IMG/VR virus record: IMGVR_UViG_3300025678_000930
Length of the DNA: 64,000 nt
Reading direction: 5' to 3' (one strand)
From: an uncultured virus (IMG/VR IMGVR_UViG_3300025678_000930)
Lineage: Duplodnaviria > Heunggongvirae > Uroviricota > Caudoviricetes
Positions 8,234-18,008 of this stretch are shown one piece after another. A program made the translations under genes and the position numbers. Below the pieces are notes generated by a model. It ran no database searches. It saw only the letters and a list, made by a program, of their open reading frames with translations, and was not told the origin of the DNA. How positions within the stretch are numbered: position 1 is the stretch's first letter; each line of letters begins with the position of its first letter.

Positions 8234-10088
8234 ACTGACCCTCGGCTCGCTTTTCGATGGCAGTGGCGGTTTTCCCTTAGGCGGTTTGCTCTGTGGCATC
8301 GAGCCGTTATGGGCATCAGAAATTGAGCCGTTTCCTTTACGGGTTACAACAAAAAGGCTGCCATTTATGAAACACTACGGTGATGTCTCTTGCCTGGATG
8401 GCAGTAAGATAGAACCGGTTGATATAATTACATTTGGCTCACCTTGTCAGGATATGTCTGTGGCGGGTAAGCGTGATGGCTTGGACGGAGAGCGTTCAAG
8501 TCTTTTTTATGATGCCGTTCGAATTGTAAAAGAAATGAGGTGTGCAACAGATGGTAAATATCCAAGATACATCGTCTGGGAAAACGTGCCGGGTGCTTTC
8601 TCCTCAAACAAAGGAGAGGACTTCAGATGTGTCCTTGAAAGCATCTGTCACATCAAAGATGAAACCTTATCAGTTCCTAAAGCTGATAAATGGAGGCAAG
8701 CAGGAAATGTCATGGGAGATGATTTCTCCATTGCCTGGCGAGTACTTGACGCTCAATACTGGGGAGTCCCCCAACGAAGAAAACGCATCTTCCTTGTCGC
8801 AGATTTTGCAGGTGGGAGTGCCGGAGAAATACTATTTAAGTCAGAAGGCTTGTCTGGGTATTCTAAGGAGAGCTTCCGCTCGTGGCAAGGAACTGCCGGT
8901 TGTTTTGAAAACGGCATTACAGAAACAGGCACAAGCAGTGTGATCTTAAATGACCAAGGTGGTAATCGGATGGATATCACGGAAGATGTCACTTGCACTC
9001 TCCGAGCTGAGGCTCATCACCCACCTTGTGTTATGGATGCGGCGGTATTTGATAATCACGGAAGAGATACTCGCTTTACGGGGCCGATTGATGTTGCACC
9101 GACAATATCAGCCACTTATGGAACAGGCGGTAATAATCAGCCTTTTGTGGTTGGTGATACACCGAAAACCCTCAAAATCCGTTGTGGCTGTGAGGGTGGT
9201 GGTAAAGGTGCACTTATCCAGAATAATAAATCGGCAACACTATCCTGCAATAATGACCAGACGTTATTTGTCCCGAAAGCTTATGGTATCTGCTCTAAAG
9301 ACAGCAATGCCATGAAATCATCTAATCCCAACAGCGGAGTATATGAGGCCGATACTTCACGAACCATTGATGGAAATGGAGGAAATCCTTCCTGCAATCA
9401 AGGTGGTATTGCTATTGTAGAAAGTTATGCTCTGCAAGGCTCCATGATTGGAAGAAAAGATAAGAACGGTCCACAGGGTGACGGGGTTAATGAAAATATA
9501 AGTTTTACATTAAATACTGTAGATAAGCACGCTGTTGTTTTCGCTATTGATAGAGAATCTTTCAACTGTGGTCAAAATTATGCCAGAAATCTTGGGATTA
9601 CAGAAGACGGAATATCATCGACACTAAATGCACAGGGACCAAGTGCTGTGGCAACTCCTATCTACTCTTCAAGCAAGGCATCATTTTTTACTGCCGCTGA
9701 AGAAGAACTAGCAAATACGCTGGTTGCTACTGACTACAAAGACCCTCCGCTTATTAATGATACAGACGGCACCCTATACACGGTTAGAAGATTAACTCCT
9801 ACCGAATGTGCAAGACTTCAAGGTTTCCCGGATTGGTGGTGCAGTAATCTTGCAACAGAAAATCCAACAATGGATGACTTACGCACTTGGTATAACATAT
9901 TTGAAACTCACCGTAAGGTTACGGGAAGTTCAACTAAGCCAAAAACCTTAAAGCAGATATCTAAGTGGCTTAAAGACCCACATTCTGATTCTGCAGAATA
10001 TAAGATGTGGGGCAATGGAGTGGCACTTCCGTGTGTATATTTTGTTTTGTCGGGCATTGTGTTTTTCATACAAGATACCGCCGAATAA
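8226..10088 (+). CDS. DNA (cytosine-5) methyltransferase with long variable region
   Basis: SLFDGSGG, GSPCQ, WENVPG, QRRKR, RRLTPTECARLQGFPD, GNGV motifs. Confidence 0.9.
   Translation: MSKLTLGSLFDGSGGFPLGGLLCGIEPLWASEIEPFPLRVTTKRLPFMKHYGDVSCLDGSKIEPVDIITFGSPCQDMSVAGKRDGLDGERSSLFYDAVRIVKEMRCATDGKYPRYIVWENVPGAFSSNKGEDFRCVLESICHIKDETLSVPKADKWRQAGNVMGDDFSIAWRVLDAQYWGVPQRRKRIFLVADFAGGSAGEILFKSEGLSGYSKESFRSWQGTAGCFENGITETGTSSVILNDQGGNRMDITEDVTCTLRAEAHHPPCVMDAAVFDNHGRDTRFTGPIDVAPTISATYGTGGNNQPFVVGDTPKTLKIRCGCEGGGKGALIQNNKSATLSCNNDQTLFVPKAYGICSKDSNAMKSSNPNSGVYEADTSRTIDGNGGNPSCNQGGIAIVESYALQGSMIGRKDKNGPQGDGVNENISFTLNTVDKHAVVFAIDRESFNCGQNYARNLGITEDGISSTLNAQGPSAVATPIYSSSKASFFTAAEEELANTLVATDYKDPPLINDTDGTLYTVRRLTPTECARLQGFPDWWCSNLATENPTMDDLRTWYNIFETHRKVTGSSTKPKTLKQISKWLKDPHSDSAEYKMWGNGVALPCVYFVLSGIVFFIQDTAE
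8551..8943 (+). CDS. Nested +1-frame protein within the C5-MTase (beta-subunit-like)
   Basis: SD GAGGTG at 8537-8542, 8 nt before ATG 8551; SLSQIL...PEKYYLS.KAC.GILRRA resembles the C-terminal part of MTase 49549-51210. Confidence 0.65.
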   Translation: MVNIQDTSSGKTCRVLSPQTKERTSDVSLKASVTSKMKPYQFLKLINGGKQEMSWEMISPLPGEYLTLNTGESPNEENASSLSQILQVGVPEKYYLSQKACLGILRRASARGKELPVVLKTALQKQAQAV

Positions 10089-10124
10089 AAGAACATTATT
10101 CTCTACATAAAATGCTCGAAATTG

Positions 10125-10158
10125 CTTGCTATTTACAGCGTTCAGAGTGATATATGTA
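10125..10158 (+). promoter_or_regulatory. Bipartite motif CTTGMTAT-N12-GAGTGATATATGTA, copy 1
   Basis: Same motif and spacing at 11283 and 38948; each is intergenic and just upstream of an SD/start. Confidence 0.7.
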
Positions 10159-10187
10159 GTACCGAAAAATGAAAGGCGGTATGAAAA

Positions 10188-10991
10188 ATGAAGATAAATT
10201 ATAACATTACAGGTCCAAAACGAAAATCGCTGGTAGGAGCTATCAGCCTGGAACTAAATGCTCCGACGATATACCTTGGTGCACCTACCTTTGCTTACGA
10301 AGTAGGTGGCTACCACATCGACAAGAATGGAATGCTCGAGGGTGATGACAATTACGGCTTGGTTGCAGACCTACAGGGACTGCATGACTTCAAAGCAATT
10401 ACAGAAGAATATGACACTCCACTTCCAGAACCAGAACCAGTGCCGGAGGATATCCAAATTCCTTACGAAGCTGCTCTTGGCGGAAGGGTCAGCCCTTACT
10501 GCGATTATGAGGAGCCACCCGTATATGTAGAACCTGAGCAAAGTGACGAGGTCGAAACTAACCGGTTGACCATTGATTTGCCAAGGTCGTCTTTCACAGA
10601 TATGGCTCTTGAAAACCTCAAGCGATTAGTAGAAAGCAAAGCGTCCTTAATAAAAAAGGCTTTAGCTACTGATTGCATCCCTATAATAACAAACGAAGAA
10701 ACTATCAGTTTTCCTTGGTTTCAAGGAGAGCTTACTTCGGATGAGGTGAAAGCTTACACCCATTTTGTGACTGCACTCTTTGAGATGGCAAAAACGCAGC
10801 AGAGAGTCAACGCTACCGAAAAGCAAGTAGAAAATAAGAAGTACGCTTTTCGCTGTTTTCTCGTACGACTCGGTTTTGTAGGCTCCGAATACAAAGCGGA
10901 ACGCAAAATTCTGCTAAAGAACTTATCTGGAAACAGTGCCTTCAAAAATGGTGTTCCGGCTAAAGCTGAGGAGGTAATGACTGATGAATAA
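10188..10991 (+). CDS. Conserved phage protein (often labelled virulence-related protein)
   Basis: C-terminal NxKYAFRCFLVRLGF...RKILLKNLSGNSAFK motif. Confidence 0.65.
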   Translation: MKINYNITGPKRKSLVGAISLELNAPTIYLGAPTFAYEVGGYHIDKNGMLEGDDNYGLVADLQGLHDFKAITEEYDTPLPEPEPVPEDIQIPYEAALGGRVSPYCDYEEPPVYVEPEQSDEVETNRLTIDLPRSSFTDMALENLKRLVESKASLIKKALATDCIPIITNEETISFPWFQGELTSDEVKAYTHFVTALFEMAKTQQRVNATEKQVENKKYAFRCFLVRLGFVGSEYKAERKILLKNLSGNSAFKNGVPAKAEEVMTDE

Positions 10992-11211
10992 CTTTCCTTC
11001 AAGAGAAACTGTTGAACGCATCCGCAAGCAATACCCAGCGGGCTGCCGAGTAGAACTTGTTCGTATGGACGATTTTCAAGCACCTCCTATGGGAACGAAA
11101 GGAATTGTCACTGGAGTAGATGACACAGGTAGTATTATGGTTCGCTGGGAGAATGGTTCTTCTTTAAATGTGGTTTACGGAGAGGATTTGTGCAGGAGAA
11201 TCGAAGATTAA
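10984..11211 (+). CDS. DUF4314 protein
   Basis: YPAGCRVELVRMDD..APP.GTKG.V..VDD.G...V.W.NGSSL. Confidence 0.8.
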   Translation: MNNFPSRETVERIRKQYPAGCRVELVRMDDFQAPPMGTKGIVTGVDDTGSIMVRWENGSSLNVVYGEDLCRRIED

Positions 11212-11282
11212 TACGCACACTTTTCGCTTGAAAAAGCGGAGTAAGATTGTGTAAAAAATGACTGTATTTATCGAATAATTGT

Positions 11283-11316
11283 CTTGATATATAAGCCTTT
11301 TAGAGTGATATATGTA
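11283..11316 (+). promoter_or_regulatory. Bipartite motif CTTGMTAT-N12-GAGTGATATATGTA, copy 2
   Basis: Upstream of amidoligase gene. Confidence 0.7.
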
Positions 11317-11358
11317 TATGCCGAAAGGACAAATACACTTTAAAAGGAGCAAGAATCA

Positions 11359-12258
11359 ATGTTAAATAAGAATTTTGGAATTGAAATTGAGTTCACAGGA
11401 ATAACAAGAAACGAAGCCGCCAAGGTTGCTGCCGAATACCTAAACGGAACGGTCACTGACACAGGCGACTATTACGATACCAAGAAGATTACTACTGCTG
11501 ACGGGCGGGTTTGGAAGATTATGAGCGACGGAAGCATTTCTTGCCAGAAGAAACAAGGACGGCAGAAAGTTGCAGCAACAAGAGAATACAGCGTAGAGCT
11601 GGTAAGCCCCATCCTAACCTACCAGGGAGACATTGAAACACTGCAGGAGTTGGTACGCAGGCTACGCAAGGCAGGAGCTTTCACCAACAACTCCTGCGGA
11701 ATACACATCCACTTGGACGGAGCAGACCACACAGCAAGGAGTATACGAAACTTTGTAAACATCATCGCAAGCAAGAACGACCTTTTCTACAAGGCATTGC
11801 AGATTGAACCTTCACGAATAGGATATTGCAAAAAGATGGATGAGATTCTGGTGGAAAAAATCAACCGCAAGAAACCAAAAACGCTGGCACAGATTGAGAG
11901 CCTTTGGTATGAGGGTTATAGCGAAAGTACCAATCGACATTACCATTCAAGCCGATATCATTTTCTTAACCTGCACAGCTTTTTCAACGGAAACCACACG
12001 GTCGAACTCAGAGGATTTAACAGCGAACTTCATGCAGGCAAGATTAGAAGCTACATTGTTCTCGCCCTTGCACTGAACAACCAAGCACTGACACAAAAGT
12101 GTGCCTCTGCAAAGAAACCGCAGGCCGAGAATGAAAAGTTTGCAATGCGAACCTACCTCAACCGCATCGGTTTTATCGGCGAGAAATTCGCAAACTGCCG
12201 TGAACATTTAACCACCCACTTGGACGGCTCGGCAGCTTGGCGATTTCGGGCAGCCTGA
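11359..12258 (+). CDS. Amidoligase (COOH-NH2 ligase type 2) family protein
   Basis: FGIEIE, DGSI, ELVSPIL, SCGIHIH, TVELR motifs. Confidence 0.85.
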   Translation: MLNKNFGIEIEFTGITRNEAAKVAAEYLNGTVTDTGDYYDTKKITTADGRVWKIMSDGSISCQKKQGRQKVAATREYSVELVSPILTYQGDIETLQELVRRLRKAGAFTNNSCGIHIHLDGADHTARSIRNFVNIIASKNDLFYKALQIEPSRIGYCKKMDEILVEKINRKKPKTLAQIESLWYEGYSESTNRHYHSSRYHFLNLHSFFNGNHTVELRGFNSELHAGKIRSYIVLALALNNQALTQKCASAKKPQAENEKFAMRTYLNRIGFIGEKFANCREHLTTHLDGSAAWRFRAA

Positions 12259-12293
12259 GCGGTTGCCTTGCAAAAATAAGGAGGACAAAGACA

Positions 12294-12743
12294 ATGAATA
12301 AAACATTTTATCTTGCCTATGGCTCAAATCTTAATCCTGAGCAAATGGCACACCGTTGCCCCACAGCTAAGCCGGTTGGGCCGGTTGTTTTAAAGGACTA
12401 CCAGTTATTGTTTCGAGGCGGACACGGCGGCTCTGTGGCAACCGTGGAGCCTTTAAAGGGCAAGACAGTGCCATGCCTACTGTGGGAGATTACCCCCACT
12501 GATGAAGCGGCACTTGACCGCTACGAGGGTTTCCCGTTCCTATACCGAAAAGAAATAGTCAAAGTGAAACTTGGAAAAAGAAACGTAGAGACTATGGTGT
12601 ACATCATGAACGATGGCAGACCACTTGGCACTCCGAGCTGCTATTATTACAGCGTCATCTTAGAGGGTTACAAGAGCGCAGATTTTGATATCGGCATTCT
12701 AAAACAGGCAGTAGAGGATTCAAAGGAGGTCGAAAATGGATAA
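12294..12743 (+). CDS. Gamma-glutamylcyclotransferase (AIG2-like)
   Basis: YLAYGSNL...QM..RCP; LDRYEG. Confidence 0.85.
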   Translation: MNKTFYLAYGSNLNPEQMAHRCPTAKPVGPVVLKDYQLLFRGGHGGSVATVEPLKGKTVPCLLWEITPTDEAALDRYEGFPFLYRKEIVKVKLGKRNVETMVYIMNDGRPLGTPSCYYYSVILEGYKSADFDIGILKQAVEDSKEVENG

Positions 12744-12915
12744 GAAGATAAAGGAACAGATACTCGCCATTCGAGACACGGGCGAAACAAATATGTTTGA
12801 TGTGCGGAAGGTGCAGGGAATTGCTCTGCGAGAAGGGTTTAATGAGCTACTTGTTTACCTTTCGGATAATACTGGCGCCTATTCCCGATTCATTTTGACT
12901 GGCGAAGAGAATTAA
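12736..12915 (+). CDS. DUF5049-like small protein (59 aa, not in ORF track)
   Basis: MDKKIKEQILAIRDTGETNMFD...YSRFILTG; SD aaggagg. Confidence 0.7.
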   Translation: MDKKIKEQILAIRDTGETNMFDVRKVQGIALREGFNELLVYLSDNTGAYSRFILTGEEN

Positions 12916-13028
12916 ATAGTTTAAACCAATTAGGAACAGTGCCAAAAATGGCTCTGTTTCTCGTACAGATAGATTTGAAGGCTTGCTTGATGCAGGTCTA
13001 TTTTTATGTGCAAAAGGAGGCGGCGGAT

Positions 13029-14630
13029 ATACGAAAACTCAAGAAATACACACCAACACTGTTTAAGGCGGCTGATTCGGTCTACGATAAGTCCACCGCT
13101 GATTATGCCGTAGCCTTTATCGAGGCACTCTCTCATACCAAAGGTACATGGGCGGGTAAGCCATTTGAACTAATCGACTGGCAAGAGCGGATTATCCGTG
13201 ATGTATTTGGGATTTTAAAGCCGAACGGCTATCGGCAGTTCAATACTGCCTATGTGGAAATACCGAAAAAGATGGGAAAAAGTGAGCTTGCGGCGGCTGT
13301 TGCCCTGTTGCTCACCTGTGGAGATAACGAGGAACGTGCCGAGGTTTACGGCTGTGCTGCTGACCGCAACCAGGCATCCATTGTTTTTAATGTTGCGGCG
13401 GATATGGTGCGGATGTGTCCGGCTTTAGCAAAGCGAGTGAAGATTCTTGACTCTACAAAGCGACTCATCTATCAACCGACGGGCAGTATTTATCAAGTGC
13501 TGTCAGCCGATGTCAGCAACAAGCATGGTTTCAATACCCACGGTGTAGTGTTTGACGAACTTCACACCCAACCGAACAGAAAGCTCTTCGATGTTATGAC
13601 CAAAGGCAGTGGTGATGCAAGAATGCAGCCACTGTATTTCCTTATAACCACTGCTGGAGACAATCAGAATAGTATCTGCTGGGAAGTACATCAGAAGGCT
13701 TTGGATATCATAGATGGAAGAAAAAATGATCCTACTTTCTACCCTGTAATATATGGTGCTGCTTTAGAGGATGACTGGACTGATCCAAAGGTGTGGAAGA
13801 AAGCAAACCCATCGCTGGGAATCACGGTCAGCATGGATAAAGTTAAAGCTGCCTTTGAATCAGCAAGACAGAATCCTGCTGAAGAGAACAGTTTTAGGCA
13901 ACTTAGGCTCAATCAATGGGTCAAACAGGCAGTGCGGTGGATGCCTATGGAAAAATGGGATGCCTGTGCATTTGCCGTTAACCCGGAATCAATGCATGGG
14001 CGAGTTTGCTACGGAGGTCTTGACCTATCGAGCAGTACAGATATTACGGCTTTCGTGCTGGTCTTTCCGCCATTGGATGAGGACGATAAATACACTGTTA
14101 TGCCGTTCTTCTGGATACCGGAGGATAACATTGATTTACGTGTTCGGCGTGACCATGTAAATTACGATGTATGGAAAAAGCAAGGGTTTCTTAAAACCAC
14201 GGAAGGCAATGTGGTGCATTACGGGTTTATCGAAAGTTTCATAGAGGAACTAAACATGAAATACAATATCCGTGAAATAGCCTTTGATAGATGGGGTGCT
14301 ATACAAATGACACAAAACCTTGAGGGGTTAGGGTTTACAGTAGTTCCATTCGGTCAAGGGTTTAAGGATATGAGTCCACCTACTAAAGAATTGATGAAAC
14401 TTACCTTAGAACAGAAAATTGCTCATGGCGGGCATCCTGTGCTTCGGTGGATGATGGATAATATTTATATCCGGACTGACCCTGCAGGAAATATTAAGCC
14501 GGATAAAGAGAAATCAACTGAAAAGATAGATGGTGCTGTGGCTACGATTATGGCGCTTGATAGAGCTATAAGGAATGGAAGTAACAACGGTGACAGTGTT
14601 TATGATAAACGGGGTATTTTTTTCATATAA
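13029..14630 (+). CDS. Terminase large subunit (probable ATA start at 13029; ORF open from 12939)
   Basis: IPKKMGKSEL Walker A, FDELH, GLDLSS, KIDGAVA. Confidence 0.92.
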   Translation: MRKLKKYTPTLFKAADSVYDKSTADYAVAFIEALSHTKGTWAGKPFELIDWQERIIRDVFGILKPNGYRQFNTAYVEIPKKMGKSELAAAVALLLTCGDNEERAEVYGCAADRNQASIVFNVAADMVRMCPALAKRVKILDSTKRLIYQPTGSIYQVLSADVSNKHGFNTHGVVFDELHTQPNRKLFDVMTKGSGDARMQPLYFLITTAGDNQNSICWEVHQKALDIIDGRKNDPTFYPVIYGAALEDDWTDPKVWKKANPSLGITVSMDKVKAAFESARQNPAEENSFRQLRLNQWVKQAVRWMPMEKWDACAFAVNPESMHGRVCYGGLDLSSSTDITAFVLVFPPLDEDDKYTVMPFFWIPEDNIDLRVRRDHVNYDVWKKQGFLKTTEGNVVHYGFIESFIEELNMKYNIREIAFDRWGAIQMTQNLEGLGFTVVPFGQGFKDMSPPTKELMKLTLEQKIAHGGHPVLRWMMDNIYIRTDPAGNIKPDKEKSTEKIDGAVATIMALDRAIRNGSNNGDSVYDKRGIFFI

Positions 14631-14752
14631 GTTATTCTAAAATTATTGCAACAAAAATAAACAATGTTTGCATGGCAGGAAATATATGGTACAATAAATG
14701 CAGGTAATGTTTAGTTTAATAATTTAAGAAACAATAAGGGAGGTATTCTTTT

Positions 14753-16102
14753 ATGAACAAGAAGTTTTGTATGTTAGTTATTGGTATAACGATTATTATA
14801 TCTCTATTAGTTGGAGGCAATGTTTTCGCTGAAAATAATATTACCGTTCAGCTGGATGGCAAAATGCTAAATTTTGATGTACAACCACAGCTTATCGGTG
14901 GAAGAACAATGGTTCCTTTGAGAATGATTTTCGAGTCAATGGGTGCAACTGTAGATTGGAATAATGATACTCAAACTGTGATAGCTTTTAATGAGCATTA
15001 TTATGTGCAAGCAACTATAAATGACACTAATATGAAAGTAAATGGCGAAAATAGGATATTAGATATTCCTCCTCTTTTAGTTGATGGCAGAACACTTGTC
15101 CCTGCACGATTTGTTGCTGAAGCATTTGGTGCAGAAGTTGAATGGGATGCTAAAACATCAACTGTTTATATTCATAATGAAAGCAAAGTTCCACAAAATT
15201 TTACTGACGGTTACGAAAAGGCAGTGTTTTCAAAATTTAATTCTTTTGCCTCTGAAAATGGTCTTGGGGGAACAGAAGTATATATAGATTGCATTATCGA
15301 TAGAACGAGTATTATTGATACTGATGAGGGTAAAATTATTGTTGGATATTTAATTGATAATGATAACAATAATTGGATAGCATTATTAAATGGAACGGTT
15401 TTTGTTAATGAAAAAGAATATAATAGCGTTATTGGAAAACCTCTTGTTTTCTGTGGAATATATGATGGTTATTCAGCAACAGAAAAAATGCCCTACGTTT
15501 ATCTAGACGAACTTTGCGTTAAAGAAACAGGTGAAATTAAATCAGGGATTGGAAAGCTTATGTCTATTGCTGAAAATAATAAAATAGAAACCGAGGTTAA
15601 TCCTAAAGAAAACACAATTATATACGATTTAACAACGGCTTCAGGCATAGAAGATTATTTAACTGAAAACTATTCTTCTGTTGAAACTGCAATGGGCACA
15701 TTTAAGTTTCAAATTAGCGTTGATACACCGTATTTCAGAGACGATTTTTATGATTATGACATAACTTTTAAAGGCGATTTTTATCAATTTTCTGAAATAA
15801 GTTACTTAATAGCAACAACATATACTGAAGAACAGCAAGAAGAGACAAAGCAACAATTAAAGGATTTTATGAAAATAGTTGCTAAGGACTTAATAAGTAA
15901 CGTGAAAAATAAAAAATTAGAGGGTTGTTATTATATTAGCCGCTATAAGTATCCCAATTTAAAAGACATTATTCCTGTTACAGAAAATTTAGAATTAGAA
16001 AGTTATTGTAATTGGACAAATTATGATTGGAAAAATGATTCTAATGATGCATCAGCTTCTACGTTTAGATGGCGCACAAGTCTTGATAAAGAGATATGGT
16101 AA
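14753..16102 (+). CDS. Secreted protein with copper-amine-oxidase N-terminal (stalk) domain; moron 1
   Basis: Signal peptide; GRTMVPLR.IFE.MGA.VDW and GRTLVPARFVAEAFG; AT-rich; own promoter at about 14668-14695. Confidence 0.7.
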   Translation: MNKKFCMLVIGITIIISLLVGGNVFAENNITVQLDGKMLNFDVQPQLIGGRTMVPLRMIFESMGATVDWNNDTQTVIAFNEHYYVQATINDTNMKVNGENRILDIPPLLVDGRTLVPARFVAEAFGAEVEWDAKTSTVYIHNESKVPQNFTDGYEKAVFSKFNSFASENGLGGTEVYIDCIIDRTSIIDTDEGKIIVGYLIDNDNNNWIALLNGTVFVNEKEYNSVIGKPLVFCGIYDGYSATEKMPYVYLDELCVKETGEIKSGIGKLMSIAENNKIETEVNPKENTIIYDLTTASGIEDYLTENYSSVETAMGTFKFQISVDTPYFRDDFYDYDITFKGDFYQFSEISYLIATTYTEEQQEETKQQLKDFMKIVAKDLISNVKNKKLEGCYYISRYKYPNLKDIIPVTENLELESYCNWTNYDWKNDSNDASASTFRWRTSLDKEIW

Positions 16103-16127
16103 TAATAAGAACAGATTATGATATATT

Positions 16128-16166
16128 GATAGTGTTTATGACAATAGAGGGTTGCTTGTTTTTTAG
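16128..16166 (+). repeat. Short copy of terL 3' end (DSVYDNRGLLVF*)
   Basis: Matches the terL terminus DSVYDKRGIFFI* at 14592-14630. Confidence 0.7.
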
Positions 16167-16231
16167 TAAAATATTGATATATTACCAATTTTATAATATA
16201 ATAAAAGAATTATAAAGGAGGGTATTAATCT

Positions 16232-17533
16232 ATGGTTAATAAATTTAAGGCATTAGGAATTTATCTATTGTTATTTGTTTTTTTTCTATCGGGCTGTACT
16301 TCTGAAGAAGAAAAGGCTGCAATTAATGCATTTAAAGAGGCATCAACAAAAGTTGAATCCCTCAACTCAGAACTTGATAAATCAATATTAGATGCTGAAG
16401 CAATAATTGCAGCAAACGAAAAAGCCTTTAACGAAAATGCCATTGGAACACTTGAAACGGCTGTGTCAATAGCAAAGTCATTAAAGGTTACAATACCTGA
16501 AAAACCAAAAGAATTAGAATCAGCAAAAATTGAAATAGAAAAGCTTAACAATACTGATTATACTAATCTACTTAAGCAGATTGCAGATTCAAAAAAAGCA
16601 TATGAAGATAGTATTAAACAATTAAAACAAGTAACTGCACCAGCTGAATCATTTGTTATAGAACGTATACAAGCTATTGGAGGTATAACGGGAATTTCTG
16701 CAGTTACTGAAGATAATGATCCTAATGGAAAACTTGGTAAACAAGGTGGATATACGGCGCAAGTATATTTTTCCTATAACTTAGTAAATCAAGCTGACGT
16801 AATGGGAAATAGTATTATTGAAAAAGGTACAAATTCTGGTGGTAGTTTAGAGGTGTACAATACTGTTGAAGAAGCTGAAAAACGTAATTCTTACTTATCG
16901 ACATTTGACGGTGGTTTGTTTGCCTCAGGTTCTCATAAAGTTGTAGGTACCGTAATTGTTAGAACTTCAGATAAATTAACTGCTTCACAACAAAAAGAAT
17001 TAGAAGCAAAGTTAATCTATAGTCTGATTGAATTAGATTCCATGAATGATGATGAGACAATATTTTCTGTTGGAGAATGTATATACAAGGTTTCGCCGAC
17101 TTGGAAACAAGTAGTAGCTAGCAATGATATAACGTATTTCTATCCTTCTGGAACTACTTCGAATAATGATGGGATGCTAATGGTGCAAAGCGAATACATA
17201 GATATTGAAAATGATTTACTGGACGAATTTTTTGATGGATCTATACAGGGATTAGAAAAATACTTGACAAATATAAAAATTCTTGAACAAAAAAATATAA
17301 AAATAGCAAATTTGGATGGTAGAAAATTATATTTAAGCGGGAACGTAAATGAGGATGTATATGAATTTGATAATGTTATTTTTATAAATAATGGCATATG
17401 TTATACCTTTATTTTTACTCACAAAGATAACATACCTAGTAGCCTTAATAGCGACTTCAATAAGATAGTACAGTCAATAAGCTTTGTTAATAATACTACT
17501 TCAAATATTGTTGTGCCAAAGGTCGGAGATTGA
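16232..17533 (+). CDS. Lipoprotein; moron 2
   Basis: Lipobox FLSGC, coiled-coil region; promoter TTGATA-17-TATAAT at 16174-16202. Confidence 0.7.
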   Translation: MVNKFKALGIYLLLFVFFLSGCTSEEEKAAINAFKEASTKVESLNSELDKSILDAEAIIAANEKAFNENAIGTLETAVSIAKSLKVTIPEKPKELESAKIEIEKLNNTDYTNLLKQIADSKKAYEDSIKQLKQVTAPAESFVIERIQAIGGITGISAVTEDNDPNGKLGKQGGYTAQVYFSYNLVNQADVMGNSIIEKGTNSGGSLEVYNTVEEAEKRNSYLSTFDGGLFASGSHKVVGTVIVRTSDKLTASQQKELEAKLIYSLIELDSMNDDETIFSVGECIYKVSPTWKQVVASNDITYFYPSGTTSNNDGMLMVQSEYIDIENDLLDEFFDGSIQGLEKYLTNIKILEQKNIKIANLDGRKLYLSGNVNEDVYEFDNVIFINNGICYTFIFTHKDNIPSSLNSDFNKIVQSISFVNNTTSNIVVPKVGD

Positions 17534-17668
17534 ATCAGCAATTAAACTTGAAAAATCTTTGAAAGATAATTCTGGAGAACTGAAAACAAAATTTATAACA
17601 TTTGATTTAAAGAGTTATATGCGAGTAATTGAAAACGAAAACAAATATGATGAATATAAATTATATCT

Positions 17669-17922
17669 CCTCCTACTAAGGAGTTGATTAAGCTGACATT
17701 GGAACAAAAAATTGCTCGTGGTGGTCACCCTGTACTCAGATGGATGATGGATAAAATTTATATACGAACTGACCCTGCAGGAAATATTAAGCCAGATAAA
17801 GAAAAATCAACTGAAAAGATAGATGTGCTGTGGCTACTATAATGGCACTCGACCGTGCGATACGCTGTTGCGGAAGAAGTAGCTCCTCGATTTACGATGA
17901 ACGTGGTTTACTAATATTTTAA
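17669..17922 (+). pseudogene. Degenerate duplicate of the terL 3' end (about 85 codons, 1-nt frameshift)
   Basis: PPTKELIKLTLEQKIARGGHPVLRWMMD...KSTEKID / AVATIMALDRAIR...SIYDERGLLIF*. Confidence 0.9.
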
Positions 17923-18008
17923 ATGTAGTATTATATGAAAAGTTTGAAATTTTTTAGAAACTTGTTTATAATTAAATTAAACAAATATACGAAAGAGGTG
18001 TAAACAAA

